A DNA stretch of 64,000 nt from Eledone cirrhosa (Eukaryota), in contig OZ024743.1 in the NCBI GenBank assembly GCA_964016885.1, forward strand, positions 113,150,001-113,214,000. The letters are read 5' to 3'. Below, piece after piece: positions 40,201 through 53,365 of the stretch. Each line of letters starts with the position of its first letter. Within the stretch, counting starts at the first letter, position 1. The notes below the pieces were generated by a model. The model saw only the letters and a program-made list of their open reading frames with translations, searched no databases and had not been told where the DNA came from. The position numbers were made by a program, and so were the translations under genes.

Positions 40201-43030
40201 CTGAATTATAACAAAGCACACCACACCACATTAATCCAACCCAAACCACACCATATCAAACAGCACCATATTATGGTAAATTTATTACAAAACACCTACT
40301 CTTACCATTTACATCACACCATGGTATGAACATCAATGTGACAAATTTGCTACCTGCTTTTTTTTTTTTTTTTGTGGTTACCACCCAAACTAACATCAAA
40401 GGTGCATGACTATTTTCCCACATTATCAATGACTATGACATGGGAATCTATCGTTTACAATTGGTTTCCATTTCATAACTTCACCAAACCAAACCACACC
40501 ATACCAAGTTACACTATACTACATCACACCAAGCTATTGATCTTGGTGTGAAACATTTTTTTCCGTTTCCTTTTTTTTTTTCTGTGTGCTTACGACCCAA
40601 TCTGACATTAAAGGTGCTCCCAATTTACTTTTTTTTTTCACATATCAATAATTATGACATGGAAACCTGTTGAAAATGACTATCTTTGTAGAAACTTCAC
40701 TAAACCACACCATACTACATCACACCAAGCTATTGATTTTGGTGTGACAATTTTTTATTTGGCATTTTTTTTTTTTTTTTTGTGTGCTTACCACCAAATT
40801 TGACATAAATGGTGCTTGCAAATTACTATTTTATGCACATATTATCAATGGTTATGACATGGAAACCTGATGAAAATGACTAGCTTTGTAGAAAAAAGAG
40901 GGAGGATGTGTGTGGAAATACCATTTACAAAGCTAGTCATTTTTTATTGCAGCGGAAGTCATATTTTTTGTTAATTTGCTAAAAGCACAGTCCACTGCGA
41001 GCATCTTGGAAGTTGATAGCACATGCAAAAATTAAAGGAAAAATTTTTTTTCTAACATAAATGAAAGTGGAAATTTAAATCCTCACTTATAACAAAGCAC
41101 ACCACAGCACATTAATCTACCCCAATCCACACCATAACCATACTTCGCTATATGGTAAATTTATTACAAAACACCTACTCTTACCATTTACATCACACCA
41201 TGGTATGGACATCAATGTGACAAATTTGCTACCTGTTTTTTTTTGTTTTTTTTTTTTGTGGTTACCACCTCAAACTAACATCAAAGGTGCTTGCAAATGA
41301 CTATTTTGCCACACATTATCAATGAATATGAAATGGGAATCTATCGTTTACAATTGGTTTCCATTTCATAACTTCACCAAACCAAACCACACCATACCAA
41401 GTTACACCATACTACATTGCACCAAGCTATTGATCTTGGTGTGAAAAATTTTCTTCCCGTTTCCTTCTTTTTTTTTTTGTGTGTGTGCTTACCACCCAAT
41501 CTGACATTAAAGGTGCTCCCAATTGACTATTTTTTTTCCACTTATCAATAATTATGACATGGAAACCTGTTGAAAATGACTAGCTTTGTAGAAAAAAGAG
41601 GGAGGATGTGGGTGGAAATACCATTTACAAAGCTAGTCATTTTTTATTGCAGCGGAAGTCATATTTTTTGTTAATTTGCTAAAAGCATAGTCCACTGCGA
41701 GCATCTTGGAAGTTGTATTAGTTGATAGCACATGCAAAAGTGAAGGAAAAATTTTTCTTTCTTACATAAATCAAAGTGGAAATTTAATTCCTGACTTATA
41801 ACAAAGCACACCACACCACATTAATCCAACCCAAACCACACCATATCAAACAGCACCATATTATGGTAAATTTATTACAGAACACCTACTCCTATCGTTT
41901 ACATCACACCATGGTATGAACATCAATGTGACAAATTTGCTACCTGCTTTTTTTTTTTTTTTTTTTGTGGTTACCACCCAAACTAACATCAAAGGTGCAT
42001 GACTATTTTCCCACATTATCAATGAATATGACATGGGAATCTATCGTTTACAATTGGTTTCCATTTCATAACTTCACCAAACCAAACCACACCATACCAA
42101 GTTACACTATACTACATCACACCAAGCTATTGATCTTGGTGTGAAACATTTTTTTCCGTTTCCTTTTTTTTTTTCTGTGTGCTTACTACCCAATCTGACA
42201 TTAAAGGTGCACCCAATTTACTTTTCTTTTTCATTTATCAATAATTATGACATGGAAACCTGTTGAAAATGACTATCTTTGTAGAAACTTCACCAAACCA
42301 CACCATACTACATCAGACCAAGCTATTGATTTTGGTGTGACAAATTTTTATTTGGCATTTTTTAATTTTTTTTGTGTGCTTACCACCCAATTTGACATAA
42401 ATGGTGCTCACAAATTACTATTTTATGCACATATTATCAATGGTTATGACATGGAAACCTGATGAAAATGACTAGCTTTGTAGAAGAAAGAGGGAGGATG
42501 TGGGTGGAAATACCATTTACAAAGCTAGTCATTTTTTATTGCAGCGGAAGTCATATTTTTTGTTAATAAGCTAAAAGCATAGTCCACTGCGAGCATCTTG
42601 GAAGTTGATAGCACATGCAAAAATGAAGGAAAAATTTTTTTTCTAACATAAATCAAAGTGGAAATTTAAATCCTCACTTATAACAAAGCACACCACAGCA
42701 CATTAATCTACCCCAATCCACACCATATACTTCACCATAACCATACTTCACCATATGTTAAATTTATTACAGAACACCTACTCCTACCATTTACATCACA
42801 CCAATGCTCGCAGTTGACTATTTTTTTCACATATGAATGAATATAACTTTGAAACCTATCGTCAATGATTAGCTTTGTAGAAAAATGAAGGCAGAAAGTG
42901 GGTGGAAAAACCATTCACAAAGCTAGTCATTTTTAATTGCAGTGGAAATCATATTTGTTGTTAATATGCTAAAAAAATAGTCAATTGCAAGCATTTTGGA
43001 GGTCGGATTAGTTGATAGGACATAAAAAAA
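34230..43030. repeat. Higher-order satellite (~1.58-kb HOR of ~690 + ~890 bp monomers built from ~190-bp subunits)
   Basis: Marker gtagaaaaaagagggaggatgtgggtgg at about 35460, 36152, 36846, 37730, 38422, 39309, 39997, 40887, 41587 and 42479. Confidence 0.9.
34674..35010 (+). mobile_element. CORE-type tRNA SINE with RTE tail
   Basis: A-box tggcttagtgg, B-box gaattcaattc, CORE-like ccttgagcaagacacttt, (ATG)n end. Confidence 0.85.
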
Positions 43031-43147
43031 CAAATATTGTCTATATGTTCCTGTGGAAAGTCGGGTCTTCTGTATTACTGTGTGACGCCAGAGGTCCTGG
43101 TCATGTGTCATTGCCCTTGAGAGGTGCAATTGGGGAAGGTCGGCTTA

Positions 43148-43740
43148 GAAATATTTACTTCTGCGTTCACAGATTGATTTTTTTTTTTTAGTTTCAGAAG
43201 ATCCCATTAAGGGTGAAAGCAGCCGATTCTTTGCTTAAACTTTAATCTGTTATTTTAATAAATATTTGCTCTACGGTTCTTATATATTTGATATATATTT
43301 ATCCTTATCGAGCCCTCTTTGGATGTTAGTCTTCAAATTTATTATTATTACTATTTGGCTCCCTTGATTGAGTACTCTATCGACTTATATTCATGATGCA
43401 GAAACATCTGAATATTTCTACAAAGAACATCCCGTACCAAGCAGGAAGAAATACCTAAAACTACGTCTCCACGAACCAAAGTATCGCCTTCCTGTCTTCC
43501 TTCGGTTGCAACGTTTTTCGAAATATTTACTTCTGCATTCACAGATTGTTTTTTTTTTTTTTTTTTTTTTTTTTAGTTTCAGAAGATCCCATTAAGGGTG
43601 AAAGCAGCTGAGTCTTTGCTTAAACTTTAATCTGTTATTTTAATAAATATTTGCTCTACAGTTCTTATATATTTGATATATATTTATCCTTATCGAGCCC
43701 TCTTTGGATTTTAGTCTTCATATGTATTATTATTACTATA
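43148..43740 (+). mobile_element. PLE-type tail with partial direct repeat (43148-43354 / 43520-43738); HHR variants at 43190-43241 and 43575-43626
   Basis: agttt CAGAAGA tccc-attaa-gggt GAAAGCAG..TTGCTT^aaact in both copies; ends in (TA)n. Confidence 0.65.
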
Positions 43741-43747
43741 TATATAT

Positions 43748-43784
<37 letters not shown>

Positions 43785-43873
43785 ATATTAGTTTATATAT
43801 ATGTGTGTGTGTATATATTAGTTTATATATATATATGTGTGTGTGTGTGTATATATATATATGTTTATAGATA

Positions 43874-44198
43874 TAGTGGTTAGAGCATTGGCCTTGCAAT
43901 CGAAAGGTTGTGAGTTCAATTCTCGGACCGGGTGATGTGTTGTTTCCTTGAGAAAGACACTTTATTTCACATTGCTCCAGTTTACTCAGCTGTAGAAATG
44001 AGATGATAGGGACTGGGGTCCATATCATTCCACTGCAAAGTGGATGTGGAGGTGCCACGGGAAAAAAGCACCCAGCACTCACTGTAAATGAGGTTGGTGT
44101 TAGGAAGGGCATCCAGCTGTAGAAATCAAGCCAGAATCAGTTCCCGTCCCACCCTTGCAAGCAGGGAAAAAGTGCACGTAAAATGAAATGATAATGAA
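43874..44198 (+). mobile_element. CORE-type tRNA SINE
   Basis: Same family as 34674. Confidence 0.85.
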
Positions 44199-44373
44199 TG
44201 CTCCCAGCAGCTGTGGTCACCCCATAGTATCAAACTAACCATGGAGCTTGAAGCAATCCAATGAAGCTACACCAAGAAGGTTGCCACGATGAAGGAGATA
44301 AACTACTGGGAGAGTCTAAAAGAACTGAAACTCTACTCCTTGGAATGAAGACGGGAGAGATATGCAATGATAT

Positions 44374-47300
44374 CATTTTCTTCTTGTCTCCCCACCCTTC
44401 GGTTCATCCATCCATATATCTATCTGTATAATCGCCCAGAATCCAATCCTACCTTCTCAATGCTATTCTATAATTCTGTCTGGCTGTTCTAAATAATCTT
44501 GTGTATTTTAAAATCCCAGTATATCGCTTGTGACTGTTTATTGCTTTATTTAAAACCTTCTCCTTGCTAACTACCCCTCCCACCCGCCCCCACTCTCCAC
44601 CACTATTATTTGGACCAATCATAAGTCAGCGGCCTATGCTATCACTTCTCCTGGTTGTTTTTCGATATGATGGATGGACTAAGTAATTTCTGGAGAGTCT
44701 GAAGAATCTGGACACTCGGAGACAATGCCAAAGATAACGACAAATTCACCTCATGCTGCCGGACGAAAGGGCAAGGACTCCTCCTCTTTGTTTTGGCCGC
44801 GGATGGCCAACATAACCCCAACCCATCCCCCTCACCCACCAAACGCAATCCAAAACTTCAGAGTTGGTACCATGAATGGAGGCACCTTAAAAGGGCGCTC
44901 TAACGAGGTTGTAGAAATGCTTGAACGTAAGGAGGTTGATGTTTGCTGTATCCAAGAGACCAGGTGGAGGGGCGGGTCTGCTAGATTCATTGTGGGTAAA
45001 ACACGATGCTATAAGCTTTTCTGGGTGGGAGATGACAATGGGCTGGGTGGGGTAGGAATCATGTTAGCAGAAAAATGGGTGGATAAGATAATAGACGTAA
45101 ATAGAGTGAATGACAGAATAATTAAAATAAGACTTGTTCTAAATAGAACTACTGTGATAGTAATATCTGTGTACGCACCCCAATCCGGACTGCCTTGCAC
45201 TATAAAAGACAGATTCTATGAGACACTGATGCTCACTACCTCCCAAATAACTGACAGTGACTATATAATTATTGCTGGTGACCTAAATGGTCACGTTGGA
45301 CAACATTTTGACGGCTATGGGTTTGGTACTAGAAATGAGGAAGGCTCCAGAATCCTGGAATTCTGTGATGCAAATAACCTAACTATCTGTAACACTAACT
45401 TCAAAAAATAGACAATCACTTGATCACCTACAGATCAGATGAACATACCAGCCAGGTAGATTATATCCTTACCAGAAGACGTGACAGAGTGGCTGTTGTT
45501 AACACTAAATCCCGCCCCATGAAGAATGCACCTCCCAACATAGACTCATAATTAGCGACCTCATAGTCAGGACGAGATGTACTCGACAACAGAAGAGGAC
45601 TATCCTCAGGAGAAAAATATGGAAGCTAAAGGACCCCACAGCCAGTCATAAATTTAAAAGCATATTACTTGATGCTTTCGACAGTAAGGAAGAACAATTA
45701 GAATCGTACAATATAGAGGAACAGTGGGAATTCCTGAAAGCAAACCTGCTGATGGCGGCAGACGAAGTCTGTGGCTGGAGCAGGCCTATAGGCAGGAGGA
45801 GAGTAACGTGGTGGTGGAACAGTAAGGTGGAGGAGTCAATTAAGGCCAAAAAGAAGGCTTGGAAAGTATGGCGGGATGGGGGAAGTAGAGAAGACTATCA
45901 AGTGGCCAGGAGGGAAGCTAGGAGACAAGTGTACTTTGCAAGAAGGGGAGCAGAGGAAAGAAAGTTCAAGCATGTTCTACAACGCGAGGATCAAAAACGT
46001 GTCAAGGAAAACCGTGATATTGTTGGGGAGAAGTGTGTCCTTAATGATGATGGTGTACTTGCCATCACTGACGCTGATAAGAAGGTAGCTTGGAAGTGTC
46101 ACTACGAAAGGCTACTAAATGAGGAGAATAAATGGGAGAAAGACAGTCTCCCCCACATCGATCCAATAGAGGGGACCAGCAGTGTTAGTCGAAGGTAGTA
46201 AGGCAATCAGTAGTTAGTCGAATAAGTAAGGCAATCAAAGAAGGTAGTATAATAAGTAAGGCAATCAAAGATATGAAGACGGGTAAGGCGGCTGGACCTT
46301 CGGAAATAGTTGCTGGAACGGTGGGACACACCATGGTCACCCGGATAGTAAACCAAGTCATACAGAATGGGGTTGTTCCGAAGGACTGGCGTAGCAGCAT
46401 CATCATTAACTACTACAAGGGTAAAGGAGATACCCTAGATAGGGGTAACTATAGAGGCATTAAATTAATCGACCAGGTCATGAAGGTCACAGAAAAAGTA
46501 ATAGCGCAACTAATCAGAGAGCGAATTGATCTAGATGAAATGCAGTTTGGGTTTGTGTCAGGTAAAAGTACCACAGACGCTCTTTTCATTGTACGTCAAC
46601 TACAGGAGAAGTACCTAGCTAAAAGTAAACCCCCTATACTTAGCTTTTGTCGACTTGGAGAAAGCCTTTGACAGAGTCCCCCGCTCCATTATCTGGTGGG
46701 CTCTTAGAAAACTAGGTGTTGATGAATGGCTTGTGAGAGCTATACAAGCCATGTATAAAGAAACAGTCAGCAAGGTTAGAATTAACAACGAATATAGTGA
46801 AGAGTTTAGCGTAAAAGTTGTTCATCAGGGCTCCGTTCTTAGCCCCCTACTATTTATTATTGCCCTTCAGGCTATAACAGAGGAGTTCAAGACCGGCTGC
46901 CCATGGGAACTCGTATACGCAGATGATCTAACGCTCATAGCTGAATGAATGGCTGAACTAGAGAAGAAATTCCAAACATGGAAGCATGGCCTAGAATCAA
47001 AAGGCCTTAAAATTAACCTGTCTAAGACTAAAGTTCTAGTTTGTAGGAAGGAAAATAGGGCACCGGTACCATCCGGGAAATGGCCATGCTCAGTGTGGAG
47101 GAAAGGAGTAGGTAGAAACTCCATTTTATGTCCCAAATGCAAAGTATGGGTACATAAAAGATGTAGTGGGATCACAGGTAAACTAACTAAGAATATAGAT
47201 TTTATATGTGGCCAGTGCTCTGGAGCAATAAGTAGCAGCAAGTTACCACAGAATAATAGCTCATTCCATTGCACAGATGGTTCTATAGAAATAGTGGACA

Positions 47301-48248
47301 CCTTCCGTTACTTGGGTGAAAAAATCAGCAGTGGTGGAGGGTGCTCTGAAAGTACAGTAGCTAGTGTCAGAACTGGATGGAAAAAGTTCAGAGAGCTTAT
47401 ACCACTATTAGCCGCTAAAGGGTTCTCTCTAAAAATGAAAGGCAGGCTGTATGATGCCTGCATATGAACAGCAATGTTACATGGCAGTGAGACCTGGGCA
47501 TTGTGTGCAGAGGATATACGCAGACTGGAGTGGAACGAAGCTTGCATGCTCCGCTGGATGTGTAATAGTAATATATGTGAACGGCAAAGCATAAACGAAC
47601 TAAGGGAAAAATTAGAAATAAGAGGGATCAGATGTTATTTACTCGAGAGAAGACTACGTTGGTATGGTCACGTGATGCGCATGAAAGACGACAGCTGTAT
47701 AAAAAAGTGCAGGGCAATAAAAATAGACGGTAGCCACGGAGTAGGCAGACGCAGAAAAACCTGGGACGACTTGATAAATTCCGAGCTCACACACTTACAC
47801 CTCTCCAAGACAATGTCACTGGACCGAGATCTTTGGCGCTACACAGTAATACAGAAGACCCGCCTTACCTAAGTACAAAGTGAAACCTACTACAGTCAGT
47901 AGGCACCTCTAACAAAAATACACCCCCGTCCCAATACCCCCACCCCATCCACACCACCCCTTTCAATGTAAAGTTATGTTGGTACCACAACATCCAGTCC
48001 AAAACAAATGAGGTCGTGTAGGTGTCATGACAAAAAACACACAGTCCACTCTGTAATGTGGCCGTGTAGGTTACACGGTAAAAACCTCCCAGTCCACACT
48101 GTAAACGTGGTTGGTGTTAGGAAGGGCATCCAGCCGTAGAAAACCCGCCAGACAGTCCTATGCGAACAAGACAACCACTCTTGCCTCAAGTGGGAAAACT
48201 CCCGTCCAAACCCACGCAAGCGTGGGAGATTGACGTTAAACGATGATG
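44374..48248 (+). mobile_element. Near full-length RTE LINE pseudogene (APE, RT, PHD-like Cys cluster), inserted in a CR1-like fragment
   Basis: GTMNGGTL, CIQETRW, VYAPQ, GDLNGH, KAFD, QGSVLSP, YADD, with frameshifts and stops; (GAT)n tail. atgatat duplicated at 44367 and 48249. The flanks join as RERYAMI/YIWKIL. Confidence 0.9.
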
Positions 48249-48486
48249 ATGATATATATGGAAAATCCTGGGGGGGACTAAGACCAAACTTTCGCATTGA
48301 GAGCTGGACCAATTCTCGAACAGGACGTCACTGTGTGGTACCAAAGGTCCCGTCTTCCACATCTAGAATCAGGAGCAGCTATTGCAATAGCCTGGGGTTC
48401 AAAGGCCCTCAACTTGGTTTTCAAAATTTAAATTTGTGTTTCCTATGCATCAATGCTTCAAGCAAGCTATAAAACTCTGTTATATT

Positions 48487-49835
48487 TCATCATCATTTTA
48501 TGTCAGTTCTTCTACGCTAGCATGGGTTGTCCTGTTGTGGGCAGTGTCCGGTCGGCTGACCTTTTCTTGCTCATACGAGAACTGATTCTGTCTTGATTTC
48601 TACAGCTGGATGCCCTTCCTAACACCAACCTCATTTACAGTGAGTGCTGGGTGTTTTTTTTTTTTTTGCCGTGGCACCTCCACGACCACTTTGCAGTGGA
48701 ATGATAGGGACCCCAGTCCTATCATCTCATTTCTACAGCTGAGTAAACTGGAGCAATGTGAAATAAAATGTCTTGCTCAAGGGAACAACACACCACCCGG
48801 TCCAAGAATTAAACTCACATCCTTTCAATTGCAAGCCCAATTCTCTAACCACTGAGCCATGTGCCTTCTATTGTTGGCAATGTTAGGTCAGATGACCATG
48901 TCTTGCTCATAAAGAACTGATTTTGGCTTGGTTTCTACAGCTGGATGCCCTTCCTAATGCCAAGTTCATTTACAGTGAGTACTGGGTGTTTTTTGTTGTG
49001 ATTCCTCCACGACTACTTTACAGTGTGGACTGGGTGTTTTTTACCGTGTCACCATCATGACCACTTTACAGTGTTTCGACCTGTTCTCATGAAAGATATA
49101 TTGGCGGGTGGGATGGAGTGGTGCATACTGTATGTATGTTTCAGCCTTAGCCTGGGCCTGTGGGCAGTTGGGGTTTCTGTATTACCTCATAATGCCAGAG
49201 ATCTTGGTCCTGTGACATTGCCTTTCAGAGGTGCAATTGGGCAAGGTCGGCTTTTATCATTTCATCTCAAGTCTTTCTGGGACTTTATGTAGCTGTCATC
49301 CTTCATACGAATCACATGTCCATACCAACATAATCTCCTCTCCTACACACCACATTTGATTCCTCTTATGCCTAGTTTCGCTTTCAGATTGTTTATGCTT
49401 TGCTGTTCGCGTATATTACTATTACACATCCATCGGAGCATACAAGCTTCATTCCTTTCTAATCTACGCAAGTCTTCTACACAGCGCCCAGCTCTCACTA
49501 CCATGCAACATTGCCGTTCATATGCACACATCATACAGTCTACCTTTTATTCTGAGGGAAAAGCTTTTTGTATCCAGCTGTGGCAGTAGCCCCCTCAACT
49601 TCTTCCCTCCCGTTCTTTCAGAACACCCCCCTCCGCTGCTAATTCGGTATTGTTTTTACCAAGTCCTCCCAGACTTTGATGTCACTTGTTTTCAGTGATT
49701 GTTTGCTGCTTACTGTCCTGGTGCAACTGTTACATGTAAAGCCTACATTCTTAACTAAACTTCCTGAGATCCCACTACATCTCTTGTGTACCCATAATTT
49801 GCATATGGGACAGAGGATGGAGTTTCTACCTACAC
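48487..49835 (-). mobile_element. RTE 3' fragment plus CORE-SINE
   Basis: Minus-strand RRLERNEACMLRWMCN and GVGRNSILCPICKLWVHKRCSGI match the 44-48 kb RTE; SINE at ~48590-48868. Confidence 0.8.
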
Positions 49836-49881
49836 CTCTCACACACATATATATACACACACTCACATATATATATATATA

Positions 49882-50849
49882 TACTAGCCGAATTACCAGC
49901 GCCTTGCTGCGTTTCATACATTTTTTTTGTAAGAAAATGATTATTGATTTTAAATCAGTGATATAATTTATGGAGAAAAACTCAATATTACTCAATGTAA
50001 AATACAATGCATGAAAAATTGGAAAACATCATTTTTTGTAATATATCAAATCAAAATTGCATTATTAAATCTTATTCTTATTTTGTTTCTTGTAAATAAT
50101 TTTTTTCAAAATATCAATTGAAAACTTTTGTGAATAGGCCTCATCTCTTGTCATTTACCTATGGTTTAAGTTTCATATAAATCGAAAGGGAAATGTTTTC
50201 AGCGGGGGTTTGTACCCCCGGGGAACCCTAATAGGGGGTTTAACCACCATTAAGCTGTCTTATAGTATTGAAATGTTGTGAATAGGCATCATATCTCTTC
50301 ATTTATCTATGGTTTAAATTGCATATAAATCGAACCGAAAAAATTTTCAGTGGGGATTTTGTGCCCCCTGGTGAACCCTAATAGGGGGTTTAACCCCCAT
50401 TAAGGTATTGTAATTTTATTAAAATTTGCTGAAATGATGTGAATATCTTGTCGTTTACCTATGGTTTAAATTGCATATAAATCGAAGGGAAAACTTTTTC
50501 AGCAGGGGTTTGTGCCACCGGTGAACCCTAATAGGGGATTTAACCCCCATTAGGGTATTTTAATTTTATTGAAATTTGCTGAAATTTTGTGAATAGGCAT
50601 CATATCTTGTCATTTACCTATGGTTTAAATTTCATATAAATCGAAGGTAAAGTTTCAGCGGCGGTTCTGTGCCCTCGATGAACCCTTTGATTAAAATGAA
50701 ATATACTTATACAAGTACCCTGGGCAATGTAGTTTCAGAATATATATGGTTATGGGGATCTATCTCCAAAACCATAGGAAGAGTTCGTAAAATCTTATTC
50801 CATTTATTGGCCAAACTTTTCACTATAGGGTGTCTTAATATTGAAATTT

Positions 50850-50850
<1 letters not shown>
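49882..50850. mobile_element. Helitron/Helentron-like non-autonomous element with ~165-bp internal tandem repeats
   Basis: Starts tACTAGccg... in TA. About 4 units of gtgaataggc..tatggtttaa..catataaatcgaa..aaccctaatagggg. The class assignment is inference. Confidence 0.45.
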
Positions 50851-50896
<46 letters not shown>

Positions 50897-50913
50897 CACA
50901 AACACACACACAC

Positions 50914-50950
<37 letters not shown>

Positions 50951-50979
50951 AACACACACACACATATATATATATATAT

Positions 50980-51320
50980 GAAAAACAAGGGGAGAAGAAT
51001 ACTGCATGGATTACATATTATAAAATTAGTCCCTCATCAGTGATTTGCCAACCATCATTGGTATTTCATCGCATTAAAAATCAGATACCTCAGGTTGGTG
51101 CGAGCAATAACTAAAATAAGCTATTGGGACAAGTGAAACGCGTAAAGCGAGTGAGACAAGTAAACAACAGAAGGAAAAGCAAACCGAAGGTTGGAAAAAC
51201 AGCAAGCCACATGATAGTTATCCGATCAGCATAAGCTGGGTGAATTTCATGAGCAGTCAGAAAAACAGACCGTACGCTGTGAATGCGGTGTGAGAAAGAA
51301 GGAACCCCACTACTAGCGAA
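50980..51320 (-). mobile_element. PLE-type tail family with atypical HHR-like motifs (fold-back copy at 62990-63378)
   Basis: Shared ~200 bp with 62990-63195; ends at (TA)n; CTGATGA and GAAA motifs on the minus strand. Confidence 0.6.
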
Positions 51321-51481
51321 CGGGAGGAAGTGAGAAGGGGAGAAACAGAGAGTGAGTGAGTGGAAGTGCGAGGAAGAGGTCAGTCGAGAGAAAAAGTGTA
51401 ACTGACAGAGAGGGCGAAAGAAGGTAAGAGAAACAGAGAGAACGGGGGAGCAGTAAGAGAGAAAAATATATATATACACAA

Positions 51482-51512
<31 letters not shown>

Positions 51513-51775
51513 CACACACACATACACATATATATATATATATACATACACAAACACACACACACATACACAAACACACACACACATATTTATATCTTTT
51601 AGCAGAGCATTTTAATATTGCCACTCAATGAAAACCCTTTGTTTGTTTGGAATAAATGAATCTTGAAAATTAGGAGTGCCTGTCAGTGTGTATGTGTTTG
51701 TCTATTTAGCATCAATTTACTACCCTCCCCTACCACCAGAAAATGTATAAATACCACCATATTACATTGACAGTC

Positions 51776-51827
51776 GGCTTTTCTGATGATTTCCTCCGAA
51801 TGAAACAGTTCTAGTCCTGTTGAAGCC
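51776..51827 (+). ncRNA. Hammerhead (second copy of the 14428 family)
   Basis: ggctttt CTGATGA tttc-ctcc-gaat GAAACAG..CTGTT^gaagcc. Confidence 0.7.
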
Positions 51828-51852
51828 ATTTCTATATTAAATATATATATAT

Positions 51853-52432
51853 ACTCTTTTAGCTGTTCCAGCCATCCGGCTGAGACCATGATTGGGCACT
51901 GCCCTTGTTGCTACACATTCTATCTCCAGCCTGTGTTGGCTGGCCATTGATGTAAGAGGGAGTTCGTTGCTGCTGCCCTTAGGTTACCTTCGTACCGTGA
52001 TGTGGGCTCATCCAGGATCCTGGATAACAGGGTGTCGAGAAGTTTCTTGAAAATATCCACGGCCACACCATGTAGATCTCTCAAATCTCTCGGCAGTTTG
52101 TTGAAGAGTTGAGGGCCTTTGAACCCCAGTCTATTGCAATATCTGCTTCTTGTTCTAGATGTGGAAGACGAGACCTTTGTCACCACACAGTGACGTCCTG
52201 TTCGGGGGTTGGTCCCGCTCTCAATACCAAAGTTTGGCGCTAGTCCCTCCAGGATTTTCCATATGTATATCACTGCGTATCTCTCCCGTCTTTGTTCCAA
52301 GGAGTAGAGTTTCAGTTCTTTTAGCCTCTCCCAGTAGCTCATCTCCTTCATCGTGCAATCCTCTTGGTGTAGCTTCGTTGGATTGTCTCAAGTTCCGTGG
52401 TTAGTTTGATACTATAGGGTGACCACAGCTGG
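51853..52432 (-). mobile_element. CR1/Jockey-group LINE 3' fragment
   Basis: SYWERLKELKLYSLEQRRERY..IWKIL..GPQLFNKLP. Related pieces lie at 44200-44373 and 48249-48415. Confidence 0.85.
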
Positions 52433-53365
52433 GATCAATAGTCCAGGCAACTTAAGACAAATGGCCTTCATAGTATCAACATGGTCTCCTGGTCTCTTAT
52501 ATAGAAAACCTCAAATAAAAAGTCAAGATTTGTTTCGATTTAACAGAGCAGAAAGAATTCGCGTCAGAATATTCCAACCAATCCAGCCTATATCAGCTGA
52601 ATAAATATGTATATGGAGATATATATATACACACCCACATGCACATATATATACACACACGCACGCACACACATATATATATACACACACACACACACAC
52701 TCAAACACACACACATACATAAACGCATGCATACGTGATGGCTGCCTCCTCGTTATCGAGTATGACCATTGCACGATATACCATTATTAATAATTATTAA
52801 TTAATTCTATCGTGCAATGACTGTGCATGAAGATATTTTTTTAAATGAGGAAAGACTGTGCACTGAGCCAATCCCACTCTCTGGTTTTATATCGGAGTTA
52901 TCCCAGTTTCCTGAGTTGCCTTCTCCTAGAAGAATGCCCTGACAAAGGCTAGGGGTTCTTCACTCCCAGTGGTTTAACCGCGCAATCGGGTGTCCAGCCC
53001 GATTATTTCTATGTCCCCGCGCATGTACATACACATGCACCCATGTATATACACATATACATACATATGTACATGTGTATATACATATTTACACACTTTT
53101 GGATGGCCGTTGACTCTTATGAGATCTTCCGCCCTTTGTCAGGTTTTGTTTTTTGTCCTGCAGGGTGTCCAAAATCACCCTCCTCACCAAGTAAACTTGG
53201 TGGGGTTGCCGGTTTAGTCGCCGACGACCCGACCATGCGACAGGTTGTACTGGGTTACATGTTACCAATAGCACTCAAGAGTGACCCGACATACATACAT
53301 ACATACATACATACATACATACATACATACATACATACATACATACATACATACATACATACATA

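Noticed and set aside
52500-52580. Minus-strand CTGACGC...GAAAC as a hammerhead
   Set aside because: The core is mismatched and no convincing stem I or cleavage triplet was found.
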